A stretch of DNA of 64,000 nt from assembly GCA_014728035.1 (NCBI GenBank), contig WJMJ01000131.1, positions 64,001 to 128,000 on the forward strand, read 5' to 3'. The stretch comes from Promethearchaeota archaeon. Lineage in GTDB: Archaea; Asgardarchaeota; Thorarchaeia; Thorarchaeales; Thorarchaeaceae. Both the position numbers and the translations under genes were made by a program. Below the pieces are notes generated by a model. It was not told the origin of the DNA, searched no databases, and saw only the letters and a program-made list of their open reading frames with translations. Of the stretch, positions 19,689 through 28,728 are shown in pieces. The stretch's first letter is position 1. Each line of letters starts with the position of its first letter.

Positions 19689-20879
19689 TCAGATTCCTCC
19701 TTCAAGAGTTTCAAGAAAGCTTTGAATTCTTGTTAGAATACGTTGTTCATCAGATAATTCGGGATCCAAAGGAAGCCGAAGTGCCCTGATGCCAGCATCT
19801 TGCGTAACATGTTTCAGAGAAGGAGCTTCAAACTGGTCAGGATCACAGAAAGATTGCTCACATATGATTACACCATCTATACGAAAATTAGTGACAATCT
19901 GTTTCAAAAAATACATTCTCTCTTTGAGACCTTCTTGTGTTGGTTCAGAAGGAGCATTAAGTGTACTCCGAGCTAACTCTGAAAAAGGACTACCATCTGA
20001 TTGAGTTGGTGGTGTGAATACAGTCTTGAATCCAAGTGACAGCAAATCAAGAACAAGATTATGGGGATGCGATGTAGAAATTGAATCAAAAAGAGATGAT
20101 ATAGTAGAAGGAGAAATCATACCGCCAACAACTAAGATACGTGGATTTGTTTCGGTGAAATCAGAGGAAAAATCTTCAAAATTCTTAGTACTAAGACAAT
20201 TATGAACGCTATCGACCAAAGGAGAAGGTAAGTCTTGACCTATCTTTTCTGCTAATTTTTTGGCATCAACTGCTTTTTGATAGGTAGGAGCTCGAAGAAA
20301 ATCGGTTACCATTTCAGCAATACGACCATATGGCAACACATCCGGTTGAATGAGCCGGAATGAGTAAAGAAGCTGCATTCCATTTCGCCACAAATTTACG
20401 AGGTCTATTGCCTCAGAGAATTGTTCTTTGGGCGGATCTGTACCATACAAGTCATGCAGCTGCCTGTCAAGTTGTCTAATCTCGTATGTGAAAAATTCAA
20501 TAGCATCCTTATTGACAGGACCTGCAGGATAGGTTAACCGGAGCACTCGATCTTCAGGAAAACGATATTTCCAGACATCTCCAACATTTTGGAGCGAGTC
20601 ACATGTATTCCCTGGAAAAACTATGCCGACTATGTCATCTAAGTCACCAGCTGCCCGCTGAGCGAATATATTTCGAGAATAGGCACAGGAAAAGGTCTGC
20701 AGGCTTGATTCAAATCCACCAACAATGCCTTGTTTAGCAGTGATAAGAGATGGAATAAGGCCATGAGCTAAAAACAATTCAATCGGAGTGTGTTGGTAGA
20801 TATAACCAATTCTTTGCATATCCAAGCGATCCCGACCTTGTATGAGTTGAGTACATTCGGTAATTTGTCCATTACTCAC
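19689..20879 (-). CDS. 2-hydroxyacyl-CoA dehydratase subunit (HgdB/FldC-like)
   Basis: TPIELFLAHG, TCDS, FCDP, TRIQSFLE. Confidence 0.85.
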   Translation of the reverse strand: MSNGQITECTQLIQGRDRLDMQRIGYIYQHTPIELFLAHGLIPSLITAKQGIVGGFESSLQTFSCAYSRNIFAQRAAGDLDDIVGIVFPGNTCDSLQNVGDVWKYRFPEDRVLRLTYPAGPVNKDAIEFFTYEIRQLDRQLHDLYGTDPPKEQFSEAIDLVNLWRNGMQLLYSFRLIQPDVLPYGRIAEMVTDFLRAPTYQKAVDAKKLAEKIGQDLPSPLVDSVHNCLSTKNFEDFSSDFTETNPRILVVGGMISPSTISSLFDSISTSHPHNLVLDLLSLGFKTVFTPPTQSDGSPFSELARSTLNAPSEPTQEGLKERMYFLKQIVTNFRIDGVIICEQSFCDPDQFEAPSLKHVTQDAGIRALRLPLDPELSDEQRILTRIQSFLETLEGGI

Positions 20880-21077
20880 AGATTCAACCTCTCTGAAGAT
20901 ATATGGCGTAACCTACAGATGCACATAATCGGTCTTATTTCTATCGAATATTAGCAGGTATTTTGCAAAATTTTCCAGTACTTATTTTATAGAAGGAAAT
21001 ATCAGGAAGAAATGCACATTATAGATATTCAGGTTTGAAAATGAAACCAAAAAAAGAGAGAAGTAGAGCGTGAAATA

Positions 21078-22820
21078 ATGGAAGAGATATGGCATAAACA
21101 CAAGTGGCCCGAGGATGTCGCAAAGACTATCGACTATCCCAAAAAACCCTTGTTTGAAATGTTAGATACAACCGCTACAAAAGATGGTGAACTGCCATTT
21201 ACAGTATACGATGGTCAATCATGGACCTTCAATGAGGTTAAGACTGATGCAGATCGTATTGCAAATTTCCTTACAAGTAAAGGAATAGGGAAAGGAGATA
21301 AGGTTGCAGTATTCCTCCCTAATGTACCTCATTATCCATCTGTATTTTTTGGAGTATTAAAAACAGGTGCAACAGTTGTAACGTGTAATCCCTCGTATCG
21401 TTCAAACGAACTTAACTTTCAATTACAAGACTCTGGAGCAAGTGTAGTGTTTGTTTTTGACCACCCTAAAATTACTCCTACCTGTTATGAAGCGGTCAAA
21501 AACACTGATGTTAACATGGTAATAGTCTGCAGTATCAAACGATATCTACCAAAAATAAAGGCCATTATCGGAGGTTTAGCAAAGAAGATTCCAAAGAGTC
21601 CGTACTATGAGGAGGATATAACATACTTCTATGATGATATCGTGGAAAAATACGAAGCAAAAGCTCCTCAAGTGGATATTGATTCTGAAGACCTGGCTTT
21701 GATACTCTATACAGGAGGGACAACTGGCACTCCAAAAGGTGCATCCCTCAAGCACAGTAATCTCTATTCAAATGTACTTCAGATTTATGAGTGGGTGAAT
21801 CTTTCACCAGAAGATATTGATGCTCCACAAAAAATCGTTTACGGAAAAGAGGTTTTTGTTGGTGCATTACCATGGTACCATAGTTATGGTCTTACTCTAA
21901 CCATGTTGATGTCCACGAAATATGCATGTCAGCTGGTATGCATTCCAGACCCGAGAGCTGGCGATCCACCCCTATCTGAATTGCTAAGAGACCTTGAGAA
22001 GTACAAAGGCACGGTTCTAAACTGTGTACCCGCACTCTATGCAGGAATTGTCAACCATCCCAATGTTGACAAATATGACTTGAGTTCCATCAAGATTTGT
22101 AGTTCTGGGGCAGCTCCATTACCCCCAGAGCTAGCAAAGAGTTTTGAAGATGTGACAGGTGCCATCCTCTTCGAAGGTTATGGACTATCTGAAACCTCAC
22201 CAGTAACACATATCAATCCGACTAACAAACGAAACAGAAAATTCGGTTCAATTGGTCTTCCAGTTCCAGATACAATAGCTAGGATAGTAGATATCGAAAC
22301 TGGAACGAAAATATTAGGAGTGGGAGAAACAGGAGAGATTGCAATTCATGGACCACAAGTAATGGAGGGTTATTGGAACAAACCAGAGGAAACAGACAAT
22401 GTAATGCGAAACATTGACGGACTTCGTTTCTTCCTTACAGGGGATATCGGTCATATGGATGAAGAAGGTTACTTCGTTATTAGTGACAGAAAGAAAGACA
22501 TGGTCAATGTAGGTGGCCTGAAGGCATATCCAAGAGAGATTGAGGATATATTCTATGAACACCCCAAGATTGCAATGGCTGCAGCAATTGGTGTGCCTCG
22601 AGAAGATGATCCAAGTAATGAGTTTGTCAAAGCTTTCATTGTTCTAAAAGAGGGTGTGACTGCCACTCCAGAGGAATTCATTGAGTGGGCTAGAGATAAG
22701 ATGGCAGGGTACAAGAGACCAAGAGAGGTTGAACTTGTTGATGAGTTACCCTTAAGCCAGGTCGGAAAAGTTCTACGACGTGAACTTAGAAGAATGGAAT
22801 TAGAAAAGCGAAATGTATAG
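21078..22820 (+). CDS. Long-chain fatty-acid--CoA ligase (AMP-binding family)
   Basis: YTGGTTGTPKG, EGYGLSETSP, TGDIG, GKVLRR. Confidence 0.93.
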   Translation: MEEIWHKHKWPEDVAKTIDYPKKPLFEMLDTTATKDGELPFTVYDGQSWTFNEVKTDADRIANFLTSKGIGKGDKVAVFLPNVPHYPSVFFGVLKTGATVVTCNPSYRSNELNFQLQDSGASVVFVFDHPKITPTCYEAVKNTDVNMVIVCSIKRYLPKIKAIIGGLAKKIPKSPYYEEDITYFYDDIVEKYEAKAPQVDIDSEDLALILYTGGTTGTPKGASLKHSNLYSNVLQIYEWVNLSPEDIDAPQKIVYGKEVFVGALPWYHSYGLTLTMLMSTKYACQLVCIPDPRAGDPPLSELLRDLEKYKGTVLNCVPALYAGIVNHPNVDKYDLSSIKICSSGAAPLPPELAKSFEDVTGAILFEGYGLSETSPVTHINPTNKRNRKFGSIGLPVPDTIARIVDIETGTKILGVGETGEIAIHGPQVMEGYWNKPEETDNVMRNIDGLRFFLTGDIGHMDEEGYFVISDRKKDMVNVGGLKAYPREIEDIFYEHPKIAMAAAIGVPREDDPSNEFVKAFIVLKEGVTATPEEFIEWARDKMAGYKRPREVELVDELPLSQVGKVLRRELRRMELEKRNV

Positions 22821-22823
22821 TAC

Positions 22824-22854
22824 AAGCTCGGGAAATCCCCGAGCTTCCCTTTTT
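22824..22854 (+). terminator. Hairpin plus T-tract
   Basis: AAGCTCGGG/CCCGAGCTT stem then TTTTT directly after the stop. Confidence 0.7.
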
Positions 22855-22972
22855 GTAAATGTATCATTTGCTTAAGATTAAAAAAGAAAACATATCCGAC
22901 TTGAATGATACTACTGCGCGGTTTGATAGCTAACAAGTCAAATGAACACTCGAATGCTGAGATGATCAACTA

Positions 22973-24178
22973 GTGATTAATAGAACTGCAAATAGAATGG
23001 TCAGTAAATCTTTTGCATCCCTTGAATATGAATACTGTAAAATTGATTGGGATCATTTTACGACAAGAGAGATTGGAATATACATACATGTTCCATTCTG
23101 TCCTAGATTATGTGCATTTTGCCCATTTCATCGTGTATTGTACAACAGACAACAGAAGGATAGATATCTGAAGGCTTTACTAAAGGAAATCGATTTGAGA
23201 GGAATATATGGAGAGGTTGAATGGGTCTATATTGGGGGAGGAACACCAAACCTATTGAAGCCCGATGAAATCTGTATGATTCTAGACAAACTCAAAGAAC
23301 ATGTGAATATAGAAGACATCACAATAGAAGGGAAACCACGATACTTCACTAGAGAATATCTCGAACAATTATACGCTTGTGAAATAAGTAAGCTAAGTAT
23401 TGGTGTTGAATCTTTGAAAGAAGAAAGTCTTGATATCGTGGAACGAGATAAAACAGGGGTCTCATTGATAGAAGAAATTGTCAATGATGCGCATGATTTA
23501 GGAATGGTAGTTAATGCTGATCTTATGGTAGGTCTCCCGAAACAATATAGCAAAGATGTTATCAGAGATGTGAAAAAATTGGCTGATTTGGAGTTGGATC
23601 AGATGTCCACATATCCATTTACAAAAGCACCAGGTGCTAAGAATAGAAGACGGACCACATCAAAACATATCTTTGAAATGATCGAGAAGGCTGCAGATGT
23701 GATTGAAGAAACAGGATATGTAAGGGAGAATGTCTGGGTGTTTTCAAGGCCAAAGCTAGCAACCAAATCTCTTACTGAAGATCCAAAAGAATACATCGGG
23801 TATGGCCCTTCAGCGTTCAGTGTTGTTGGCAATCTACAGGTAGTAAATCCCCACATTGAGAACTATATTGATGCAATCCTCCATGGTAGAACGATGGGAT
23901 TCAAAATTGATTTTGATGAGGGATTTAATGCTTGGCGACGATTTGCTCATCGACTTTATGATTTGCGTATCAGTGATGACTTTATCAAAAGTATGCCAAG
24001 AAGTATAAGGTGGGTGTCAAATATGTTGAAATTAATGGGATATATAAAAGATGAAAGAGTTACACGAAAAGGTCGATATTTCATTCATGATTTGACCACA
24101 ACAGTAATTGAGAAACTGCCATTTCCATTGGGCAATCCGGTATCTCGCGGAGTAGCTTGCATGAATATTTTCTTCTGA
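22973..24178 (+). CDS. HemN-like radical SAM protein
   Basis: YIHVPFCPRLCAFC (CxxxCxxC), YIGGGTP, DLMVGLP. Confidence 0.88.
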   Translation: MINRTANRMVSKSFASLEYEYCKIDWDHFTTREIGIYIHVPFCPRLCAFCPFHRVLYNRQQKDRYLKALLKEIDLRGIYGEVEWVYIGGGTPNLLKPDEICMILDKLKEHVNIEDITIEGKPRYFTREYLEQLYACEISKLSIGVESLKEESLDIVERDKTGVSLIEEIVNDAHDLGMVVNADLMVGLPKQYSKDVIRDVKKLADLELDQMSTYPFTKAPGAKNRRRTTSKHIFEMIEKAADVIEETGYVRENVWVFSRPKLATKSLTEDPKEYIGYGPSAFSVVGNLQVVNPHIENYIDAILHGRTMGFKIDFDEGFNAWRRFAHRLYDLRISDDFIKSMPRSIRWVSNMLKLMGYIKDERVTRKGRYFIHDLTTTVIEKLPFPLGNPVSRGVACMNIFF

Positions 24179-24246
24179 ACAGCAATCTACGAGGAGTTCT
24201 TTAGGAAGAGTACAGGATATTTCTCAGTCAAATTCAGGTGATTCTA

Positions 24247-26001
24247 ATGACAATCCGAACCAGATATCTCTCACTTATTGTACTTACAGGAATAGTTGTA
24301 GTTTCTCTATTTGTTGCAGGCGCCGGAGAGAGAGCCTTTGGCGAGATAACAGTGGAGAGAACACAGATAACAAGAGAGAATGGTCGTATAGTGCATTTTT
24401 CAGTGTATAAGTCAAGGGCACCAAATTACGGAGAACCAATGCCTGCGATTCTAACAATACATGGTATATCTGGTTCTCGTGAGGCTATGGAAGCATACAA
24501 TATAGAACTAGCTAGAAGAAATTTCACTGTAGTATCAGTAGATATTGCTGGACATGGAGTATCCGTTGAGAGGTTCGGATTTTCAACATTTATGGAAGCA
24601 ATTACAGATGCATATGAGGCAGTCCGCCATGTTCAGATGTCTGATCCTTTTACTAACGAAAATATCTATGGAGTTGTGGGACATTCCTTGGGAGCAGGAA
24701 TGGCTTTGCTCTTTCAAGAGATGCCAATACTACCAAATGCAACAGTAATCATTGGAGGGGGAATGGGAAGTGAATTTGGTGGAATTCTATTACCACTTAA
24801 CCAGACAAATCCTGCCAACCTTCTAATCGCATCTGGTGTCTATGATGAATTGGTAGACCCAGAAGTTGCATTCGATACATTGAGAATTGCAACTGGACAA
24901 GAAAATGTAGAAACGAACATTATCTATGGAAGTTTTCAGAATGGAACAGCTAGAAAACTAGTTCTCAGCAATACGAACCATCTATTTGAAATAACAGATC
25001 ATCTTCTGGTAACTAATACCATTGATTGGATGGAACGTGCACTTCAAGAAAACAAGTATTCAATGAATCGATATCCCCCAGATATACATCTGTATCAGTA
25101 TAGGGGATTTTCGAATTTCATAGCAATTGCGGGAATTGTTCTCTCCATCATTCCAATTATCCTAATTACATATTCGAACCTTCCAAAACAATTCAAACCA
25201 AAACAACAAGTCATACGAGAATTCCCCATCAATCGAAACGAGTCAGTCAGACTAAGTTTGTTACTGAGTATAATGGGAGGTGTTGTTTTGCTCAGCGTAG
25301 TATTCGTTGGTTTTGGACTCGATTTCAGTGGAATCTCATTGCTCCCAATTTCATTTGGTACTACAATCATCCTCTATTCAGTTATTATGTTTCTCTTGAA
25401 CAAATTTGTACTGAAAAGGGAATTGGGTGATGATTTGGATCTCTATCAAGGCACAAGAGGAAACAACCTATCATATTTGAAAGAGAATTTGCCAAGAAGT
25501 ATTATGCTAATTACACCAATTATTGTTTGGATAATTTCTTGGTCATTATTATCTACATATGTAGTTAAAACAAGACTGCCACTGATGTGGCCTGTTGAGG
25601 GAATCTCAGCTGTATTTCGCTCAATCTACCTATTCATATTACTATTGGCATTAGTACCACTCTTCTATAGTGAGAAGATTTGGTTCAATGTAACAATAGG
25701 GGCAAATAAAGAATGGAGAGGTTTCAAAGACTTTGGGAAAGACGTATTGGAATCGTTACTATACCGACTTGGTGGATTTGTCATTTTGCTCCTAATACTA
25801 TATGGTCCATTCATGGTAGGCATCAGATTTGGTTTCATCATGTTCGTTGCGCTACTGATGCTACCATTTACTTTGATAATCGGAATATCAGCAGTAATGA
25901 ATCTCTGGACGGGAAGAGTCACGAAGAACGACTTCACATCAGCAATTGTAGCTTCGTTGCTACTTGCATTGGTAATTGCAGGAACCTTTCAGTTGCTATA
26001 G
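24247..26001 (+). CDS. Membrane-bound alpha/beta hydrolase with multi-TM C-terminus
   Basis: TIHG, DIAGHG, GHSLG nucleophile elbow, several C-terminal TM helices. Confidence 0.82.
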   Translation: MTIRTRYLSLIVLTGIVVVSLFVAGAGERAFGEITVERTQITRENGRIVHFSVYKSRAPNYGEPMPAILTIHGISGSREAMEAYNIELARRNFTVVSVDIAGHGVSVERFGFSTFMEAITDAYEAVRHVQMSDPFTNENIYGVVGHSLGAGMALLFQEMPILPNATVIIGGGMGSEFGGILLPLNQTNPANLLIASGVYDELVDPEVAFDTLRIATGQENVETNIIYGSFQNGTARKLVLSNTNHLFEITDHLLVTNTIDWMERALQENKYSMNRYPPDIHLYQYRGFSNFIAIAGIVLSIIPIILITYSNLPKQFKPKQQVIREFPINRNESVRLSLLLSIMGGVVLLSVVFVGFGLDFSGISLLPISFGTTIILYSVIMFLLNKFVLKRELGDDLDLYQGTRGNNLSYLKENLPRSIMLITPIIVWIISWSLLSTYVVKTRLPLMWPVEGISAVFRSIYLFILLLALVPLFYSEKIWFNVTIGANKEWRGFKDFGKDVLESLLYRLGGFVILLLILYGPFMVGIRFGFIMFVALLMLPFTLIIGISAVMNLWTGRVTKNDFTSAIVASLLLALVIAGTFQLL

Positions 26002-26011
26002 GGACAGCATT

Positions 26012-26530
26012 TCATCTATCGGATTCAGCCTTGTGCTGTCGTCCTAACTCAATGTATAGTTCAGCGTTGCTCTTGAACGAATCACGAAGAGTTTCAGGAA
26101 CTTCTTTGACAACTTTTCCAGGGATTCCAAGAACCAAAGAGTTTGATGGAATTTCCGCACGTTCAGTAACTACAGCTCCAGCACCAATCACACTACCCGA
26201 CCCAACTTTTGCTCCAGATAACACAATAGAGCCAATTCCTACAACTGCATAATCACCAATCTCAGCACCATGAATGACACTGTTATGTCCTGCTGTCACA
26301 TAATCACCGATTACAGAAGGATTCATGAAGTCTGTGTGTACTGTAGCATTATCCTGAATCGAAGTGCCTTTTCCAATACGAATGTAATTCATATCTGCAC
26401 GTAATACTGCAAATTCCCAAACACTAGAATCTGGACCAATCTCAATATCTCCAATCAAAGATGCCCTAGGAGAAACATAAGCTTCAGAGTCGATTTTTGG
26501 TAGTTTTCCTTCAAATGGATGCAATCCCAC
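26012..26530 (-). CDS. Gamma-carbonic anhydrase family hexapeptide-repeat protein
   Basis: VLRAD, IQDNATVH, GHNSVIHG. Confidence 0.92.
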   Translation of the reverse strand: MGLHPFEGKLPKIDSEAYVSPRASLIGDIEIGPDSSVWEFAVLRADMNYIRIGKGTSIQDNATVHTDFMNPSVIGDYVTAGHNSVIHGAEIGDYAVVGIGSIVLSGAKVGSGSVIGAGAVVTERAEIPSNSLVLGIPGKVVKEVPETLRDSFKSNAELYIELGRQHKAESDR

Positions 26531-26589
26531 GTTTCACACCATGTGTACTTCTAGCTTGTCAGACTATAAGCCTATTGACAACTAACCAA

Positions 26590-27630
26590 CTAGAAAAATG
26601 TAGACACAACTCTTTGAAAGATCAAAGGAAATTCTTTAGAAACTTGATGAATCTCTTCTGTTAATTTGGGACTAGCTCCAGAGAGACCACATTGAGTTGA
26701 AACCATACAATTTCGTGCTAACAAATTTCCAGACACCCCACTTGAAATAAGACTTGACAAAGTCGTGGTCAGTCCTCTCTCTAATGTGTCCATTATTGAT
26801 GTCTGAAATCCAGCATCAACATTTGGAAGAATACCTAATGCAAGTCCACCGCCAGACTCAAGAAACTTGTTGAGCTTTTCAGCCTGACCAGAATCAACTG
26901 ATGCTTCATATCTAGCGCAATCAATGTGGGCTAGCTTTGGTAATGTTTCCCATAGTAGATGTTGACCATCATACTCTAATTCTCGCCAATCATCGCAGTA
27001 ATGATATGCGGGTATTATTTCATTGGGATAAATCTGATTAATTGAACGAAGAATCTGTTTCACTTCAAGACCACCAGTCTTGCCCTGTTCGATCGAGTTG
27101 ATTACGAAACGAACTGCAGGATCATCCTGGCTTAGGATAAGTTCTGTACAGAAAGGAGAGAGATGATTGACAAGTCCTTTTGCAACACGTTCCATCAGAG
27201 AAGTGAAAAATCGAAGCATCTGCTCAGATACCAATTGACGACCATCAGATCCACGAATACTGAAACACATCGTTGCAGGAGCAGTTTGTTGGGTCTTCAG
27301 AACATCATAGGGCCCATGTTTTGGTAGAAGGTAAAGACTATGTGCGTGAAACTCATCTGGAAGAAGAGGACCGTCATTGGACACAATGTCGTGATAGGTA
27401 TACATATCAACATCAAGTATAAAATCACCATCTTCTTCAAAACCATCAATGATACTAGCAAACTGGCGAACCATGTCTTCCTCACGTAATTTTGGGACTT
27501 GATAGGTATATGGCAGTTGAAGGCTAGTCACATAGTCTAAGGGGGTATCTGGTTCTTCTGTTCCTACACTGCCAACAGCGAAAAAAGCACCAACCAAGTG
27601 TTCGGGTAATAAAGACTTCACTTCTTTCAT
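26590..27630 (-). CDS. Cobalamin-independent methionine synthase-like protein (MetE catalytic domain only)
   Basis: N-terminal AVGS, QDDP, putative Zn ligands HYC and TQCGL, LGILP; divergent from ahcY. Confidence 0.65.
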   Translation of the reverse strand: MKEVKSLLPEHLVGAFFAVGSVGTEEPDTPLDYVTSLQLPYTYQVPKLREEDMVRQFASIIDGFEEDGDFILDVDMYTYHDIVSNDGPLLPDEFHAHSLYLLPKHGPYDVLKTQQTAPATMCFSIRGSDGRQLVSEQMLRFFTSLMERVAKGLVNHLSPFCTELILSQDDPAVRFVINSIEQGKTGGLEVKQILRSINQIYPNEIIPAYHYCDDWRELEYDGQHLLWETLPKLAHIDCARYEASVDSGQAEKLNKFLESGGGLALGILPNVDAGFQTSIMDTLERGLTTTLSSLISSGVSGNLLARNCMVSTQCGLSGASPKLTEEIHQVSKEFPLIFQRVVSTFF

Positions 27631-27693
27631 ACTCCTATTGTCCAAGACTGATTCTCTAAATTCATACTAATGTAGATGCCTATTGGATATGTT

Positions 27694-28641
27694 TCACAAA
27701 CGAGGGGCTGGAATGTACCATTCTTCAAGAGATATCTGTGATTGTGTGTCGAGAATATCTTGATTCCCATATACCGAACGAATGAATTCGTTGTACTCTC
27801 GTACACTTGAAACACGTACAGTGGCAAATAAGCTGAATTCTTCTCCAACTCTATGAAGATCCCACACCTCATCCAGGGATACTATCTGTTGAGCAACCTG
27901 TGATACTTTTCCAGGCCTTGGACGAATCCTCAAAAAGAATTTGATAGGTAAATCAACATACGAAAAATCGATGTCAATAGAGTATCCAATGATGCATTTC
28001 TGTCGCTCTAATCGTTTCATCCCCTTTGAAATAGCAGGCTGACTTAGAGGAACTGATAGAGACTCACCAATCTCCTGCTGAGTTGGAGGATATGGCCTCT
28101 CTGGAGTGGGTGCAGTTCGACGGAGCGTATTTAATAAATCCCAGTCGTTTTGAGATATAATAGGTGTACCTACCTTTATAGGAGGTACTATTAACCCATG
28201 TGTCTTGTAAGTTGCTAAGACTTGAACGATATTGTATGTTTGTGAAAGCGACTTAGCAGTAACAGTGTCCACTACGTCAAGAAACTTCTCAAATGCATGA
28301 GCATCTCTAAAACGAAAAAGTCCAATGAGAGAATGGTCACCAGTCAACCCATCCAGCCACTCTAAGTCAGGCATGGCAATCAAGGCCTTGCTTATGTCAA
28401 TCTCACGAGGATTGGTCTTTAATAACAAAAGACTACTCCGTTCTGCATACACATATGCAGGATTCAGGATTGCTAGATATGAACGAATAATACCCCATTT
28501 TACTAATTTCTTGATCGTTCTTGAAACCCAATTCCTTCCCTTTTTCTTTTCCATCTTCTTTCCAAGTGATGAAATGCTAGTACGGGAGTCGGTAAGAAGT
28601 AAAAAAAGTAAGTTCTTTTGACTATCAGTAATTTTTTGCAT
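27694..28641 (-). CDS. Lrp/AsnC family regulator with duplicated HTH+RAM domains
   Basis: Two HTH regions (DSRTSISSLG...; TQQEIGESL...ISKGMKRLE), each followed by a RAM-like domain (LTGDHSL, VGEEFSL). Confidence 0.85.
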   Translation of the reverse strand: MQKITDSQKNLLFLLLTDSRTSISSLGKKMEKKKGRNWVSRTIKKLVKWGIIRSYLAILNPAYVYAERSSLLLLKTNPREIDISKALIAMPDLEWLDGLTGDHSLIGLFRFRDAHAFEKFLDVVDTVTAKSLSQTYNIVQVLATYKTHGLIVPPIKVGTPIISQNDWDLLNTLRRTAPTPERPYPPTQQEIGESLSVPLSQPAISKGMKRLERQKCIIGYSIDIDFSYVDLPIKFFLRIRPRPGKVSQVAQQIVSLDEVWDLHRVGEEFSLFATVRVSSVREYNEFIRSVYGNQDILDTQSQISLEEWYIPAPRL

Positions 28642-28672
28642 ATAATACTAAATGAATTAATGCAAAATATTA
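28629..28672. promoter_or_regulatory. 13-bp inverted repeat (candidate Lrp operator) between divergent lrp and ahcY
   Basis: TAATTTTTTGCAT (28629-28641) and ATGCAAAATATTA (28660-28672) match 12/13 as an inverted repeat with an 18-nt spacer. Confidence 0.5.
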
Positions 28673-28728
28673 TTTACGGTGATGGAGGATTGATATAGAC
28701 GCATAGCAACGATTGTTTTGTGATTACA

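Noticed and set aside
24140-24241. Hairpin over the HemN-like stop (GTAGCTTGC/GCAATCTAC) as a second BHB intron or Sec read-through of TGA 24176
   Set aside because: The central helix has a G.A mismatch, there is no outer stem and excision gives no sensible protein. The frame stays open about 20 codons past the TGA, but no SECIS or conserved Cys context supports recoding.
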